A stretch of 64,000 bases of DNA from Thermodesulfobacteriota bacterium (GTDB lineage: Bacteria > Desulfobacterota > Desulfarculia > JACQYL01), in contig CAXXLZ010000002.1 of the NCBI GenBank assembly GCA_963675595.2, positions 2,560,001 to 2,624,000 of the forward strand, in the 5' to 3' direction. Made by a program: the position numbers and the translations under genes. Numbering within the stretch: position 1 is the first letter of the stretch; every line of letters starts with the position of its first letter. Under the pieces are notes generated by a model, which was given only the letters and a program-made list of their open reading frames with translations, had not been told where the DNA came from and did not search any database. This document shows, piece after piece, positions 19,353 through 29,240 of this stretch.

Positions 19353-20876
19353 ATGAACGGCAAAGTCCTGATTGTCGACGATGAGGCTGGAATTCGCAAA
19401 ATTCTGAAGATGCGTCTTGGAAATCAGGGCTACGAGATCCAAGAGGCGGAGAACGGACTCAGAGCCCTTCAGATTCTAAGAGACCACTCATTCGATGCCG
19501 TGCTGTGCGACATCAAGATGCCCGAAATGGACGGTCTTGAGATGATCAGTGAGCTGCGTACAACCGATACTCTTACTCCGGTGATTATGCTCACAGGTTT
19601 CATCGACCTGGAAACCGCCGTGGAGGTCATGAAGAAAGGCGCATTCGACTACCTCACCAAACCCATTCACAACGAGGCTCTGCTCCTGGCCGTGGAAAAG
19701 GCCGTCGATTTCAAGCGGGTCCTGTTCCGCAACAAACTCCTCGAAGAAGAAAAACAGCGCTACCACGAAGAGCTGAAAAGACGGGTGAACGAACAAACCC
19801 GAATCATCCGCGCTATGTTCGATCTGGCAAACCAATTGAACAGCCTCGATTCCCTCGACCTGGTATTGGAGAGCGTAATTGATGCGCTGCTCGAATTTAT
19901 CCCTTGCAGGCGTGTATGCATCATGCTCCTCGATACCGACGAAAGCATCTTGCGAATGGCTCGGTCGCGGGGCATCCCGGAAAAGTACAACACCGTACGG
20001 GATTCAATCCACGAGCCATTATGGTCCACTCTGTTTGAAAGAGGCGGCGTGCGGCTTGTGAATGCCGGGAGCGACTGGGGCGAAAGGCCGATGTCTCAGT
20101 GGATACAGCAGTTTCTGCCACACCCGTTCCTTCAGGCAGCACTGATGGGGCCCAAAAACAGGCTCGGAGTGATCAATCTGGCGGAAAAATCGAATTTATC
20201 ACCGTTTTCAGATGAAGATGCCGAGATTCTTTCTTATATCACCGCCTCCGCAGCAGTCGCCATCAACAACCAGTTCACGGAACAGAGGCTGGAAAACAGT
20301 TATTTGGCCACCATCAAAGCATTGGCGATGGCCATAGAAGCCAAAGACCCCTATACTCGCGGCCATTCAGAGAGAGTGGCGGACCTTTCCGTCCGAGTCG
20401 CTCGCCGATTGGGACTGAACGAAAAGCAGGTACGGGTGATGCGTTTCGCGGGGATCCTACATGATGTGGGCAAGATCGGTGTTCCCGGCAACATATTGAC
20501 CAAACCGGCCAGGCTCACGGTCGAGGAATTCGATCAAATTCGTCTTCACCCGGAAATCGGCGAACGAATGATTTTGGAAGCGGACTTCTTAAAGGAAGCC
20601 CGTCCGATCATCCGGCAGCACCATGAGAGAATCGATGGAACGGGCTATCCCGACGGTCTTGAAGGCGACGAAATCTGTACCGGAGCGAAAATCATGGCGG
20701 TGGCCGACGCCTATGACGCCATGACCACGGATCGGACCTACCGCACAGCCATGACCGCTCACCAAGCCGTGAAGGAACTGGTCCGGGTTTCCGGCACACA
20801 ATTGGACCCGGAGTGCGTACAAGCCCTCATCCTGGAGCTCCAAATACTCGAAGCGGGCTCCCTTCAGCACTCCTGA
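19353..20876 (+). CDS. REC-GAF-HD-GYP response regulator (putative cyclic dinucleotide phosphodiesterase)
   Basis: VLIVDDE/LCDIKMP/KP receiver; GAF-like middle; KDPYTRGHSERV, LHDVGKIG, HHERIDGTGYP, ADAYDAM. Confidence 0.9.
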   Translation: MNGKVLIVDDEAGIRKILKMRLGNQGYEIQEAENGLRALQILRDHSFDAVLCDIKMPEMDGLEMISELRTTDTLTPVIMLTGFIDLETAVEVMKKGAFDYLTKPIHNEALLLAVEKAVDFKRVLFRNKLLEEEKQRYHEELKRRVNEQTRIIRAMFDLANQLNSLDSLDLVLESVIDALLEFIPCRRVCIMLLDTDESILRMARSRGIPEKYNTVRDSIHEPLWSTLFERGGVRLVNAGSDWGERPMSQWIQQFLPHPFLQAALMGPKNRLGVINLAEKSNLSPFSDEDAEILSYITASAAVAINNQFTEQRLENSYLATIKALAMAIEAKDPYTRGHSERVADLSVRVARRLGLNEKQVRVMRFAGILHDVGKIGVPGNILTKPARLTVEEFDQIRLHPEIGERMILEADFLKEARPIIRQHHERIDGTGYPDGLEGDEICTGAKIMAVADAYDAMTTDRTYRTAMTAHQAVKELVRVSGTQLDPECVQALILELQILEAGSLQHS

Positions 20877-21087
20877 GAGCTCCGATTCCCACCATTAGGC
20901 TAATACCCGCCACACCCGAGTGCTCGTACGGTCTTGATCGCCACTGCTCCGTCAGGCTCAATGTTTTCCGTTCTTGAAAATAGTCGGCGAGAATCGCCTT
21001 CGGTTTCAGGCGCAACAACACGCAACCCGGCCTCAGACGAATACGGTTCCGAGGTCGCTCCCGGCTTCCGATCAGCCTTTTCCAGGA

Positions 21088-21981
21088 TCAGTGGAGGCGT
21101 TCTTTCCCGGCGAATCCGGGCATTTCGATGCGATGGAGCGAGAGCTTTCGCCCCCCACGAAGGAGAGAATTGAGCAAGGTTTCGGCCTCTTCAAATGCAT
21201 CATGGACCAGTTTCTGTTTGAGCTCTATGGCGGATTTGAGCAGCTTGATTGAATTCTCCATCTCTTCGAGTTCCGCATACACGATGGCCAGGTTGTAGTA
21301 AAGATGGGGATCGAACGGATTAACTTCGAGCGCACGATGGTAGGACTCGATGGCCTTTTCATACATGTTTAGTCTTCTAAGATTGATTCCGTATTCATTG
21401 AACAAATGTTTGTGCTCTTCGATGTAAAGCTCAGGGTTATTGGAAAGCTCATCGAAGATCATTCGCGCCTCTTCAAAACGCTCCAACTTGAATAAGGTCT
21501 TTCCCTTACCCAGATTTGCCTCAACATTCTTGTCGTCAATCCTGAGAGCGCTGTCATATTCATATTCCGCGCTGTAATACTCTTCTTCTTGGTAATGTCT
21601 GTTACCCGCGCGAATATGTGCATTGAGCATGCTCAACTTCATAATCAGTTTGGGATATTCATCAATATCCTCACAGATCAATTTGCATTGGGCCGCCTGC
21701 TCGACGTTGATCCGGTCGTGAAGTTCCAGGAGCCTGCCGGCGTAATCAATGACCTGAGCGCGGATCAGTCCTTCCTCATCGCGACGAAAGTCCCGAATAT
21801 AGTAGTCGATCACGTGAGTACTCTTCTTGGTGGTCTCCGCAGTCCCAATGGTGGAGGTTATGGTCAATCTGTACACACCGGCCGGTCTTCCGTTTAGAGC
21901 CGATATCAGAGTATCTTGATCCACCGTGCCGCACCTCGCGGCCCCGGATTTCGTCTTTCTTTTCTTTTCCATCTCGGCCAT
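21088..21981 (-). CDS. TPR-repeat protein
   Basis: YYSAEYEYDSALRID, HLFNEYGINLRR, YYNLAIVYAE TPR units. Confidence 0.75.
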   Translation of the reverse strand: MAEMEKKRKTKSGAARCGTVDQDTLISALNGRPAGVYRLTITSTIGTAETTKKSTHVIDYYIRDFRRDEEGLIRAQVIDYAGRLLELHDRINVEQAAQCKLICEDIDEYPKLIMKLSMLNAHIRAGNRHYQEEEYYSAEYEYDSALRIDDKNVEANLGKGKTLFKLERFEEARMIFDELSNNPELYIEEHKHLFNEYGINLRRLNMYEKAIESYHRALEVNPFDPHLYYNLAIVYAELEEMENSIKLLKSAIELKQKLVHDAFEEAETLLNSLLRGGRKLSLHRIEMPGFAGKERLH

Positions 21982-22143
21982 ACATCCTTCTCGATAAAGG
22001 TGTAGCCAACACAGATTGCTCGGAAGGCATCACGAACCGCGAAGAAGTCTTTAAAATCCCGAGTTCGCCTGGGACTGCACTGCATATATCCGGCCTTCCG
22101 GTGCCGCACCTGAGTGCGGGATATTCTCCGCCATGCTGAACCT

Positions 22144-23337
22144 TCAACCACTCATTGCCGAGTACGCGGGCCTCGCCCCATCCGCCATGCAGGACTTGAT
22201 GCGATCAAGAAGTTGGGCCGCTTCGGAAAAACCCGGGTTGAGCTCCACCGCTTGTGAGAGCGCCCGAATGGAGGCGTCGGCCTCTCTGGCTTCCAGATGA
22301 GCCACCCCCATATTGTAGTACAGATTCGCGTCATCCGGGGAAACTCGAAGGGCTTTCCTGTAATTGTCTATGGCCGCTTTGTACTTCCCCTGTTTCCTGT
22401 AGGCGATACCCAATTGATTGTACACGTGAGACACTTCGGGATTGAGGTTGGTCGAGGCCTCGAAGGCGGTTTCCGCTTCTTGGTTCAGGCCCGCCCGCAG
22501 GTAGGCTTCGCCGATTCGGGTTTCAAGTTCGGCATTGGCGGGAAAATGTTTGCGAGCGGCCCGAAACACATCATGGGCCTTTTCCAGTTCCCCCGCCTCC
22601 AACAAAGCCGATCCGTAAGCAACCTGACGATCCGGGTTCAGAGGACTCTTGCTCACCGCTTGGGCCAGCAGATTCAGCGCTTCTCCCTCGTTTCCGTTTT
22701 TCTTGAGAAGCTCGGCCATGGAGTCATAGGCCTTGACGTAATTCGGGGCCAACTCCAGCGCTCGCTTGAGGCGATTCACCGCCTCCGTATTCTCCCCTTT
22801 CGCCGCAAGTGCCTCGCCCATAAAGAAATGGACACGAGGACTGTCTTCATCCTCATTCAAGGCCCGCTCGAAATCCACCAGGGCGCCCTCGACATCACCG
22901 GATTCGAGTTTCCGGCTCCCGGACTTGATCAATACGTCGATGGTTGTTGGATTTTTGCGCCTGTCCAAAATGGACTCAAGCTTGCCGATCAGTGTTGATG
23001 CCTTAAACGGCTTGATGATGTATCCGTCGACGTCCGTCTCCAATGCCTGCATCACGGTGTGCTCGTTGACTTCGGCCGTCACCATGAGAAAAGGCATTTC
23101 CTTGAAATCGTCCTTTTCTCGAATGGCCTGCAAGACCTCAACGCCCTTCATTCTCGGCATGTTCCAGTCGCAGATCACCATATCGATACCGCCCGTTTCG
23201 ATCTTCCGGAGAGCTTCGTCCCCGTCGCCCGCACCAACCACGTCATCATAACCTGCGGTTTTCAGCATATGGCTGATGGTCAATCGCATTTTGAGGTGGT
23301 CGTCCACTACCAGAATCTTCATTTGCTTCCTGCTCAC
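22144..23337 (-). CDS. CheY-like receiver + TPR response regulator
   Basis: ILVVDD, ICDWNMP, FLMVTA, YIIKPF then multiple TPRs (YNQLGIAYRKQG, YYNMGVAH). Confidence 0.85.
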   Translation of the reverse strand: MSRKQMKILVVDDHLKMRLTISHMLKTAGYDDVVGAGDGDEALRKIETGGIDMVICDWNMPRMKGVEVLQAIREKDDFKEMPFLMVTAEVNEHTVMQALETDVDGYIIKPFKASTLIGKLESILDRRKNPTTIDVLIKSGSRKLESGDVEGALVDFERALNEDEDSPRVHFFMGEALAAKGENTEAVNRLKRALELAPNYVKAYDSMAELLKKNGNEGEALNLLAQAVSKSPLNPDRQVAYGSALLEAGELEKAHDVFRAARKHFPANAELETRIGEAYLRAGLNQEAETAFEASTNLNPEVSHVYNQLGIAYRKQGKYKAAIDNYRKALRVSPDDANLYYNMGVAHLEAREADASIRALSQAVELNPGFSEAAQLLDRIKSCMADGARPAYSAMSG

Positions 23338-23406
23338 AACAATTCTCCTCGCAAACTTCGTGGAGCAGAATGGGACTTCGCCCGCCCCACCGGAGTGCTT
23401 CTCCCG

Positions 23407-23832
23407 TCACGCTGCGGGAGTTTCATATCGATTCGTTGGGGAAGATGCGGGACAGTCGGTATAATTCAGCAACGCACTCACCGCATCTTCAATTTCTTCA
23501 GCACGAAAGGGTTTTCTCACGAAATCGTGAACCCCCACTTCCATGGCCGCATAGGCCACATCGTCGTTGATATAGGCCGTGATGAGAATCTTCACCGCCT
23601 CCGGCTGCAAGCGGCGGATCAGGTTAAAAAACATCAGACCGTCCATATCGGGCAACCAGTAGTCGCAAATAATGACGTCAAAGTATTCGTTTCTTAACGC
23701 GTTCATCGCCTCTTCCGCGGAATCGAACGACGTGAGTGAGTACCCCTGGAGACTGAAAAACAGGTCCAGTGATTCGCGAACGCCCTTGTCGTCGTCGACA
23801 AGCAGAGTCTTCCTTGTGCATAGTGGTCTCAT
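23407..23832 (-). CDS. Single-domain response regulator
   Basis: LLVDDD, ICDYWLPDMDG, LITAY, VRKPF. Confidence 0.85.
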   Translation of the reverse strand: MRPLCTRKTLLVDDDKGVRESLDLFFSLQGYSLTSFDSAEEAMNALRNEYFDVIICDYWLPDMDGLMFFNLIRRLQPEAVKILITAYINDDVAYAAMEVGVHDFVRKPFRAEEIEDAVSALLNYTDCPASSPTNRYETPAA

Positions 23833-23893
23833 CCAAGCTCTCCGAGCCGTCCCGCTTTCGGGGTTACCGTGTTCTCACTTCTCTCCGCCATAG

Positions 23894-23909
23894 AGCACGA
23901 AGCATGCCA
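23894..23909 (-). promoter_or_regulatory. sigma54 (-24/-12) promoter
   Basis: Minus strand TGGCATGCTTCGTGCT has exact GG-N10-GC spacing, about 60 nt upstream of the receiver gene and downstream of a sigma54 activator gene. Confidence 0.55.
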
Positions 23910-24393
23910 CAAAGCTCATCTCCATAACCTACCGAAACCCATCCAATTATTCGTCCAAGACTTCGATAGGAACTGGATGATCTGCAAGTTTTCCCACACT
24001 CGGAACTGCAAGAATTTGCAGATCGCCCCCCGACCATTCCAACACCCTGTATTTTGGGAAGTTTTTCGGAGAGTTGATGCGCCGGCCTACCGTTGCAAAA
24101 CGATGAGGCGCCGATTTGGCGAAATCCGAGACGTCAGGCTTCACTAAGTATGAGGAATGGACGAGACACTCGTCTTCGAAGAGCTGTTCCGTTGCGATCC
24201 CTCAGCGGGATTTTCCGGAAGTATGAGAAAATATCAACATGATCGCGGGAGGGCGTCCGGTCCTCGGCTCTCTATGGATATTCACGCGAGAGAAGCGAGG
24301 GATCACGGTAAGGGGAAAGGTGGAGACTCGCAAACAAGGACCAAGAAAGCCGACGCCTTCGGCGTTTGACGGCCGGCTTGCGGATTCTCCGAC

Positions 24394-25782
24394 TCAGCTG
24401 TTGAGAAGCTTTTTTCTTCGATACCGAAAGGTGGAGTAGTTCATGCCCAGCAGCCGGGCTGCTCTGCTTTCATTATTTCCTGCCAATGTAAGCGCGTCCA
24501 GGATGTAGGTTTTTTCCACCCTGGTGAGGGTCGAGGCCATATCCAAGCCTTCTTCCGTGAGGGGCGGTGCAACTCCTCCGTCCGTGCCCGGCTTCCTTTC
24601 TTCACTCTTCGCCGCCTGATCCAGTCCCAGGTCTTGAGGGGAAATCAGCGGGCCCGGCGCAATCAACGCCGTCTTTTCGACGGTGTTTCGTAGTTCTCTG
24701 ACATTCCCTCGCCAGTGTACACGTTCCAACAACTTCTCCGCCTCGGGATCAAATCCGGAGAATGACTTTCCGAATTTCTTGCCGAATTCCAGCAGAAAAT
24801 ATCTAGCAATGGGGACAATATCCTCTTTTCTCCTGTCCAACGAAGGAATCTCCACGGTAACCACTCCAAGCCTGAAGTAGAGATCCTCACGAAAAAGCCC
24901 GTTTTCGATCATAGCTTGCAGATTCTTATTTGTCGCTGAAACCAGCCTGGTGCGAACCTGAAGTTTGCGGGATCCACCCAGACGATAGAACTCACCGGTC
25001 TCCAGAAATCGAAGTAACTTGGCTTGAGCCTCGAAATTCAAATCACCGATTTCGTCCAGAAAGAGCGTTCCACCGGCAGCCTCCTCCACGAGTCCTTTTT
25101 TGCCGGATGTCTTGGCACCGCTGAAAGCGCCCTTTTCATATCCGAAGAGCTCGCTTTCCATGAGTTCTTTAGGAATACCGGCACAGTTGACCGGCACAAG
25201 GTGGCCCTTGAAATTGGGGCTTCGAAAATGAATGGCTCCGGCGATAAGCTCTTTACCCGTCCCGGATTCGCCTAAGATGAGCACCGGGGTATCCGGGCTC
25301 TTCGCCACGGTTTCGACAAACTGCATCACGTCCTGAATCGCTTTGCTCTCTCCAATGAAGCACGGTACGTTTTCGCGGAGGAATTTCTCCTGCAGGGTCT
25401 GAACTTCTTTCTTGAGACGGATGCTTTCGAGGGCCCGGTCGATGCCGGCCTCCAAGGTATCCATATGGATGGGTTTGACTACGTAGTCGTAGGCCCCTTG
25501 CTTCATTGCCGAGACCACGGTCGAGACGTCTTCGTAGGCCGTAATCATGACAACCAGGATCTCCGGCCATTTTTTTCGAATGCGTTCCAGCGCTTCAATT
25601 CCACTCATGCCGGGCAGTCCGATGTCCAGGAGTACCAGATCGGGGCGTTCCTCTTCCATGGCCTTCAAAGCGGGCTCGGCGGAAGTGAAGGTTTTGACCC
25701 GATGCCTCCCTTCAAGGAGCATCCGAATACCCTCGGCCAGCGCGGCTTCATCGTCGACGACATACACCGTATATTGCATCAT
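24394..25782 (-). CDS. NtrC-family sigma54-dependent response regulator
   Basis: REC; GESGTGKE; ESELFGYEKGAFSGA; LFLDEIG; WRGNVREL; Fis-type HTH. Confidence 0.92.
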   Translation of the reverse strand: MMQYTVYVVDDEAALAEGIRMLLEGRHRVKTFTSAEPALKAMEEERPDLVLLDIGLPGMSGIEALERIRKKWPEILVVMITAYEDVSTVVSAMKQGAYDYVVKPIHMDTLEAGIDRALESIRLKKEVQTLQEKFLRENVPCFIGESKAIQDVMQFVETVAKSPDTPVLILGESGTGKELIAGAIHFRSPNFKGHLVPVNCAGIPKELMESELFGYEKGAFSGAKTSGKKGLVEEAAGGTLFLDEIGDLNFEAQAKLLRFLETGEFYRLGGSRKLQVRTRLVSATNKNLQAMIENGLFREDLYFRLGVVTVEIPSLDRRKEDIVPIARYFLLEFGKKFGKSFSGFDPEAEKLLERVHWRGNVRELRNTVEKTALIAPGPLISPQDLGLDQAAKSEERKPGTDGGVAPPLTEEGLDMASTLTRVEKTYILDALTLAGNNESRAARLLGMNYSTFRYRRKKLLNS

Positions 25783-27473
25783 CGCGCCGTTCGTCTCTTC
25801 TCAATTGGGAGTTCTATCAGGAATTGGGCTCCGCCCAACGGACCGCGTGAAACTTTCAGGTACCCCCCATGATCGGTTACGATGCGGTGGCTGATCGTAA
25901 GCCCGATGCCCGATCCGAAGCTCTTTGTGGTGAAGAACGGATCGAAGATTTTCTTCATCATGCCTTTGGGCACACCCGGTCCGGAATCGGAAACGCCGAT
26001 CCGAACCCAGTTGTCTTCCATCGACGACGAAACCGCTATTCGTCTCTCGCTTCCACTCACTTTGAGAGCCTCGGCCGCGTTGTTGATGAGATTCAACAAT
26101 ACCTGCATGAGAAGTTTCGGGTCGGCGAAACATTCAGGTAGATCGGCGGCCAGGGAAGTCTCCAAGCGAATTCCCATCTTTCGGAGCGCCGATTCGGAAA
26201 GTTGAATCGTTTCTTGGACCGTGCCGTTGATATCGGTGGGGACCAGTTGAGGTGATCCCGGCTTGGAGAAATCCATGACCTTCTTAATGACCGATTCGAT
26301 ACGGTCCGAAGCACTCCCGATTTCGCCGATAACCCGTCTGCAATCTCCCAACCGTTCGTGCTCGCCGACTTCCACTTGCTCGAGTATTCTCCGAAGGGTG
26401 CTCAAATAGACGTTGATGGTGGACAGGGGGTTCCGGATTTCATGGGCGATGCCCGCGGCCACACGACCGAGCGCGCTCATCTTGTCCCGAATTCTCACCA
26501 AGTATTCGAGCTCTTTGGTCCGGGTGACATCCACCAGGTTGAGCAACAACGCCGGCCGGCCTTGATACTCGATCCGGCTTCCACGGCACTGAACCCATCG
26601 CACCTCGGAATCCTCTTCGGGTCCCGACATCATCCGGCATTCAACGCCTTCCGACGACCCCTCACCGGCTTCAAGGCTCGCCATAAAAGCTCTGACCGCT
26701 TCCAGGTCCTTCGGATGAACGACTCGAAACAACTCGGGCAGGTCCCCCCCGTTTTCAACGGCATCTTTCAGAACGGGAAGCTTGAGATTTCTGTAGGCGA
26801 TTCGATGATCCCGAACAATCAAAATGTCTACCGGGGAGTCCTCCACCAAGTTCCTGAAACGACTTTCGCTCTCTCGAAGCGCATGTTCCACCTGCACCCG
26901 TTCCTCGATTTCCCTTTCCAGGTCTCGGATGGCGCGTGTAAGATCGACCGTGCGTTCTTCCACCAGTTCTTCGAGCAAGTCACGGTACTTCCGAAGTTCA
27001 TTTTGGGCTCTGATAAGTTCGGTGATGTCATGCAGGGAGCCCAGCAACGCCGGTGTGCCTTCCCACAGCACATTGGACAAGGAACACCGCACCCAATTGA
27101 GATCGCCGTTTTTGTGCAGCAAACGAAACTCTCTTGCCGACTCGCGAGAGTCGGCATAAGAAATCGAAGGATGCGAAGAGGAATATCTCAGCCGATCCGC
27201 AGGGTGCACCAATTCAGAAAATGGGAGAGATTTCAGCTCCTCCTCCCCATAACCTAAACACTCAAGGGCATAGGGATTGGCATAAAGAATCGCGTCGGCC
27301 TGGACAAGCAGAATACCCTGCCTGGAGGACTCAGCGGCAAGCCGATACAGTTCCCCCCGCAGCTCTTCCGAAACGTAACCCGGATGGTCCGATTGAGGCA
27401 TTTCGGAACCAATGTCCTTATCCGTTGCGTTCTTTGCTTCCACTTCGTCGGGCTTCTGCTCGGATCGATGCAT
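25779..27473 (-). CDS. Cytoplasmic PAS-PAS sensor histidine kinase
   Basis: PAS motifs (VHPAD, VHPKD), AHEIRNPL, NLINNA, DSGPG, FTTKSFGSGIGL; overlaps the cognate regulator; start uncertain (27473 or 27587). Confidence 0.88.
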   Translation of the reverse strand: MHRSEQKPDEVEAKNATDKDIGSEMPQSDHPGYVSEELRGELYRLAAESSRQGILLVQADAILYANPYALECLGYGEEELKSLPFSELVHPADRLRYSSSHPSISYADSRESAREFRLLHKNGDLNWVRCSLSNVLWEGTPALLGSLHDITELIRAQNELRKYRDLLEELVEERTVDLTRAIRDLEREIEERVQVEHALRESESRFRNLVEDSPVDILIVRDHRIAYRNLKLPVLKDAVENGGDLPELFRVVHPKDLEAVRAFMASLEAGEGSSEGVECRMMSGPEEDSEVRWVQCRGSRIEYQGRPALLLNLVDVTRTKELEYLVRIRDKMSALGRVAAGIAHEIRNPLSTINVYLSTLRRILEQVEVGEHERLGDCRRVIGEIGSASDRIESVIKKVMDFSKPGSPQLVPTDINGTVQETIQLSESALRKMGIRLETSLAADLPECFADPKLLMQVLLNLINNAAEALKVSGSERRIAVSSSMEDNWVRIGVSDSGPGVPKGMMKKIFDPFFTTKSFGSGIGLTISHRIVTDHGGYLKVSRGPLGGAQFLIELPIEKRRTAR

Positions 27474-27699
27474 GACCCCTGTTCCCCTCGACCGGCAAAC
27501 CGGCGATCTGACGGAGCTTCCCGACAGGAAGCTCAACCCGCTCAGGCGCGTGGTTCTCAAAATAGAACGAGGCGACACGGTTTTCAAGGCATGCTCGATT
27601 CTACGGCCGGGAATCCACCCGAATCTCGACCGGTCCCCACCGTAAGCAATTGGAGCGGCAGCTCTTCACCTTACGGATTGAAGCGCCTTGAAGGGGTTT

Positions 27700-27728
27700 T
27701 TGTAAAACTCCGACGCTTCTGTTATAAG
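27700..27728 (+). promoter_or_regulatory. sigma70 promoter with extended -10 for the rarA operon
   Basis: TTGTAA (27700-27705), 17 nt, TATAAG (27723-27728) preceded by TG. Confidence 0.45.
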
Positions 27729-27893
27729 ACATGAAACCGGGCTGCGGGCCGGGGACGTAGAATCGTGAACGCATTGACCGGATGGACTCCCCGGAAACGC
27801 CTTTCATATCCTTTGTCCGACTTCCCAAAGCTCGATCCGCACCCGAGGTGCGACCGACGACGTATCTTGATACTCCTCACGGCACTCGATGAT

Positions 27894-29222
27894 ATGCTCA
27901 ACTCCGAACGACCAGCCGATCTCAGCCCTCGGTCCATTCCCCTGGCCCAGCGCATGCGTCCTCGGACGATGGAGGAATTCGTGGGCCAACGGCAGCTGCT
28001 CGGCCCCGGGAAAGCGCTTCGAAACCTGTTGGAACATCCTCGCAGGGCGTCTTTGATCCTGTGGGGCCCGCCCGGTTCGGGAAAGACCACCCTGTGTCGT
28101 CTGCTCGGAAATCGTATGGGCGGAAAAATCTTCATGCTGTCCGCGGTCATGGCGGGTATCAAAGAATTCCGAAACGTGGTGGAAGAAGCCCAAGGAGACC
28201 GCGATAAGGCCTCCCTCCTGTTCGTAGATGAGATTCATCGGTGGAACAAAGCACAGCAGGATGCACTCCTACCCCACCTGGAGAGCGGTTTGCTGACCCT
28301 TTTAGGGGCCACCACTCAGAATCCTTCCTTCGAAGTGATTCCACCCCTCCTTTCGAGGTGCCGTGTGTACACCCTGGAGCCTCTTACTTTGGAAGAGATC
28401 TCCGAGATTGTACGCAGAGCCTTCAACGACAAGGAGCGCGGGTTGGGAACCGAGGGCATCGAAATGGACGAGGAGGTTCCAAGCGCCATTGCGGGAATGA
28501 GTGGAGGCGATGCGCGTGTGGCGCTGAACCAGCTCGAACTGGCCGCCGGGGCGGCGACCTCGGGTGTGGACTCTCACCAACGCTTAAACCTGGACACTTT
28601 GGCCGCAGTCATTCAAGAAAGACCTCCGGGATACGACAAAGGAGGAGAAGATCACTACAACCTGATTTCCGCGTTCATCAAGAGCATGCGGGGAAGTGAT
28701 CCCGATGCGGCCGTCTACTGGCTCGCGCGCATGCTCAAGGCCGGCGCCGACCCACGATTCATCGCGCGTCGGATGATGATCCTGGCATCCGAGGATGTGG
28801 GAAATGCCGACCCTCGGGGCCTCCAGGTCGCCGTGGCCGCTTTCCAGGCCTTTGAGATCGTGGGCTTGCCCGAGGGTTTTCTTCCTCTGGCCCACGCGGC
28901 CGTTTACCTAGCCGGCGCCCCGAAAAGTAATGCAGTATACAAGGCTTACCGGGAAGCGGAAAAAGCCGTGGACACTCACGGTTCTCTCCCGGTCCCCCTT
29001 CATCTCCGAAACGCGCCCACCGGCCTCCTCAAACGGCTGGGATACGGACGAGACTACAGATATGATCACGATTACGAGCACGCCTATTCCGGTCAGACTC
29101 ACCTGCCCTCTGAAATTGAGTCCTCCGTGTTTTATCGCCCTTCGGTGCGAGGCTATGAAAAGAAGATTGGTGAATGGCTCAAATGGCTGAAACAGAGAGT
29201 GTCTTCGCGGACCAACACATAA
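27894..29222 (+). CDS. rarA: Replication-associated recombination protein A (RarA/MgsA)
   Basis: PLAQRMRP, WGPPGSGKTT, DEIHRWNKAQQD, GATTQNPSF, SAFIKSMRGSDPDAA, ASEDVGNADP, PLHLRNAPT. Confidence 0.93.
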   Translation: MLNSERPADLSPRSIPLAQRMRPRTMEEFVGQRQLLGPGKALRNLLEHPRRASLILWGPPGSGKTTLCRLLGNRMGGKIFMLSAVMAGIKEFRNVVEEAQGDRDKASLLFVDEIHRWNKAQQDALLPHLESGLLTLLGATTQNPSFEVIPPLLSRCRVYTLEPLTLEEISEIVRRAFNDKERGLGTEGIEMDEEVPSAIAGMSGGDARVALNQLELAAGAATSGVDSHQRLNLDTLAAVIQERPPGYDKGGEDHYNLISAFIKSMRGSDPDAAVYWLARMLKAGADPRFIARRMMILASEDVGNADPRGLQVAVAAFQAFEIVGLPEGFLPLAHAAVYLAGAPKSNAVYKAYREAEKAVDTHGSLPVPLHLRNAPTGLLKRLGYGRDYRYDHDYEHAYSGQTHLPSEIESSVFYRPSVRGYEKKIGEWLKWLKQRVSSRTNT

Positions 29223-29240
29223 AGGAGAAATCTCACGGAG

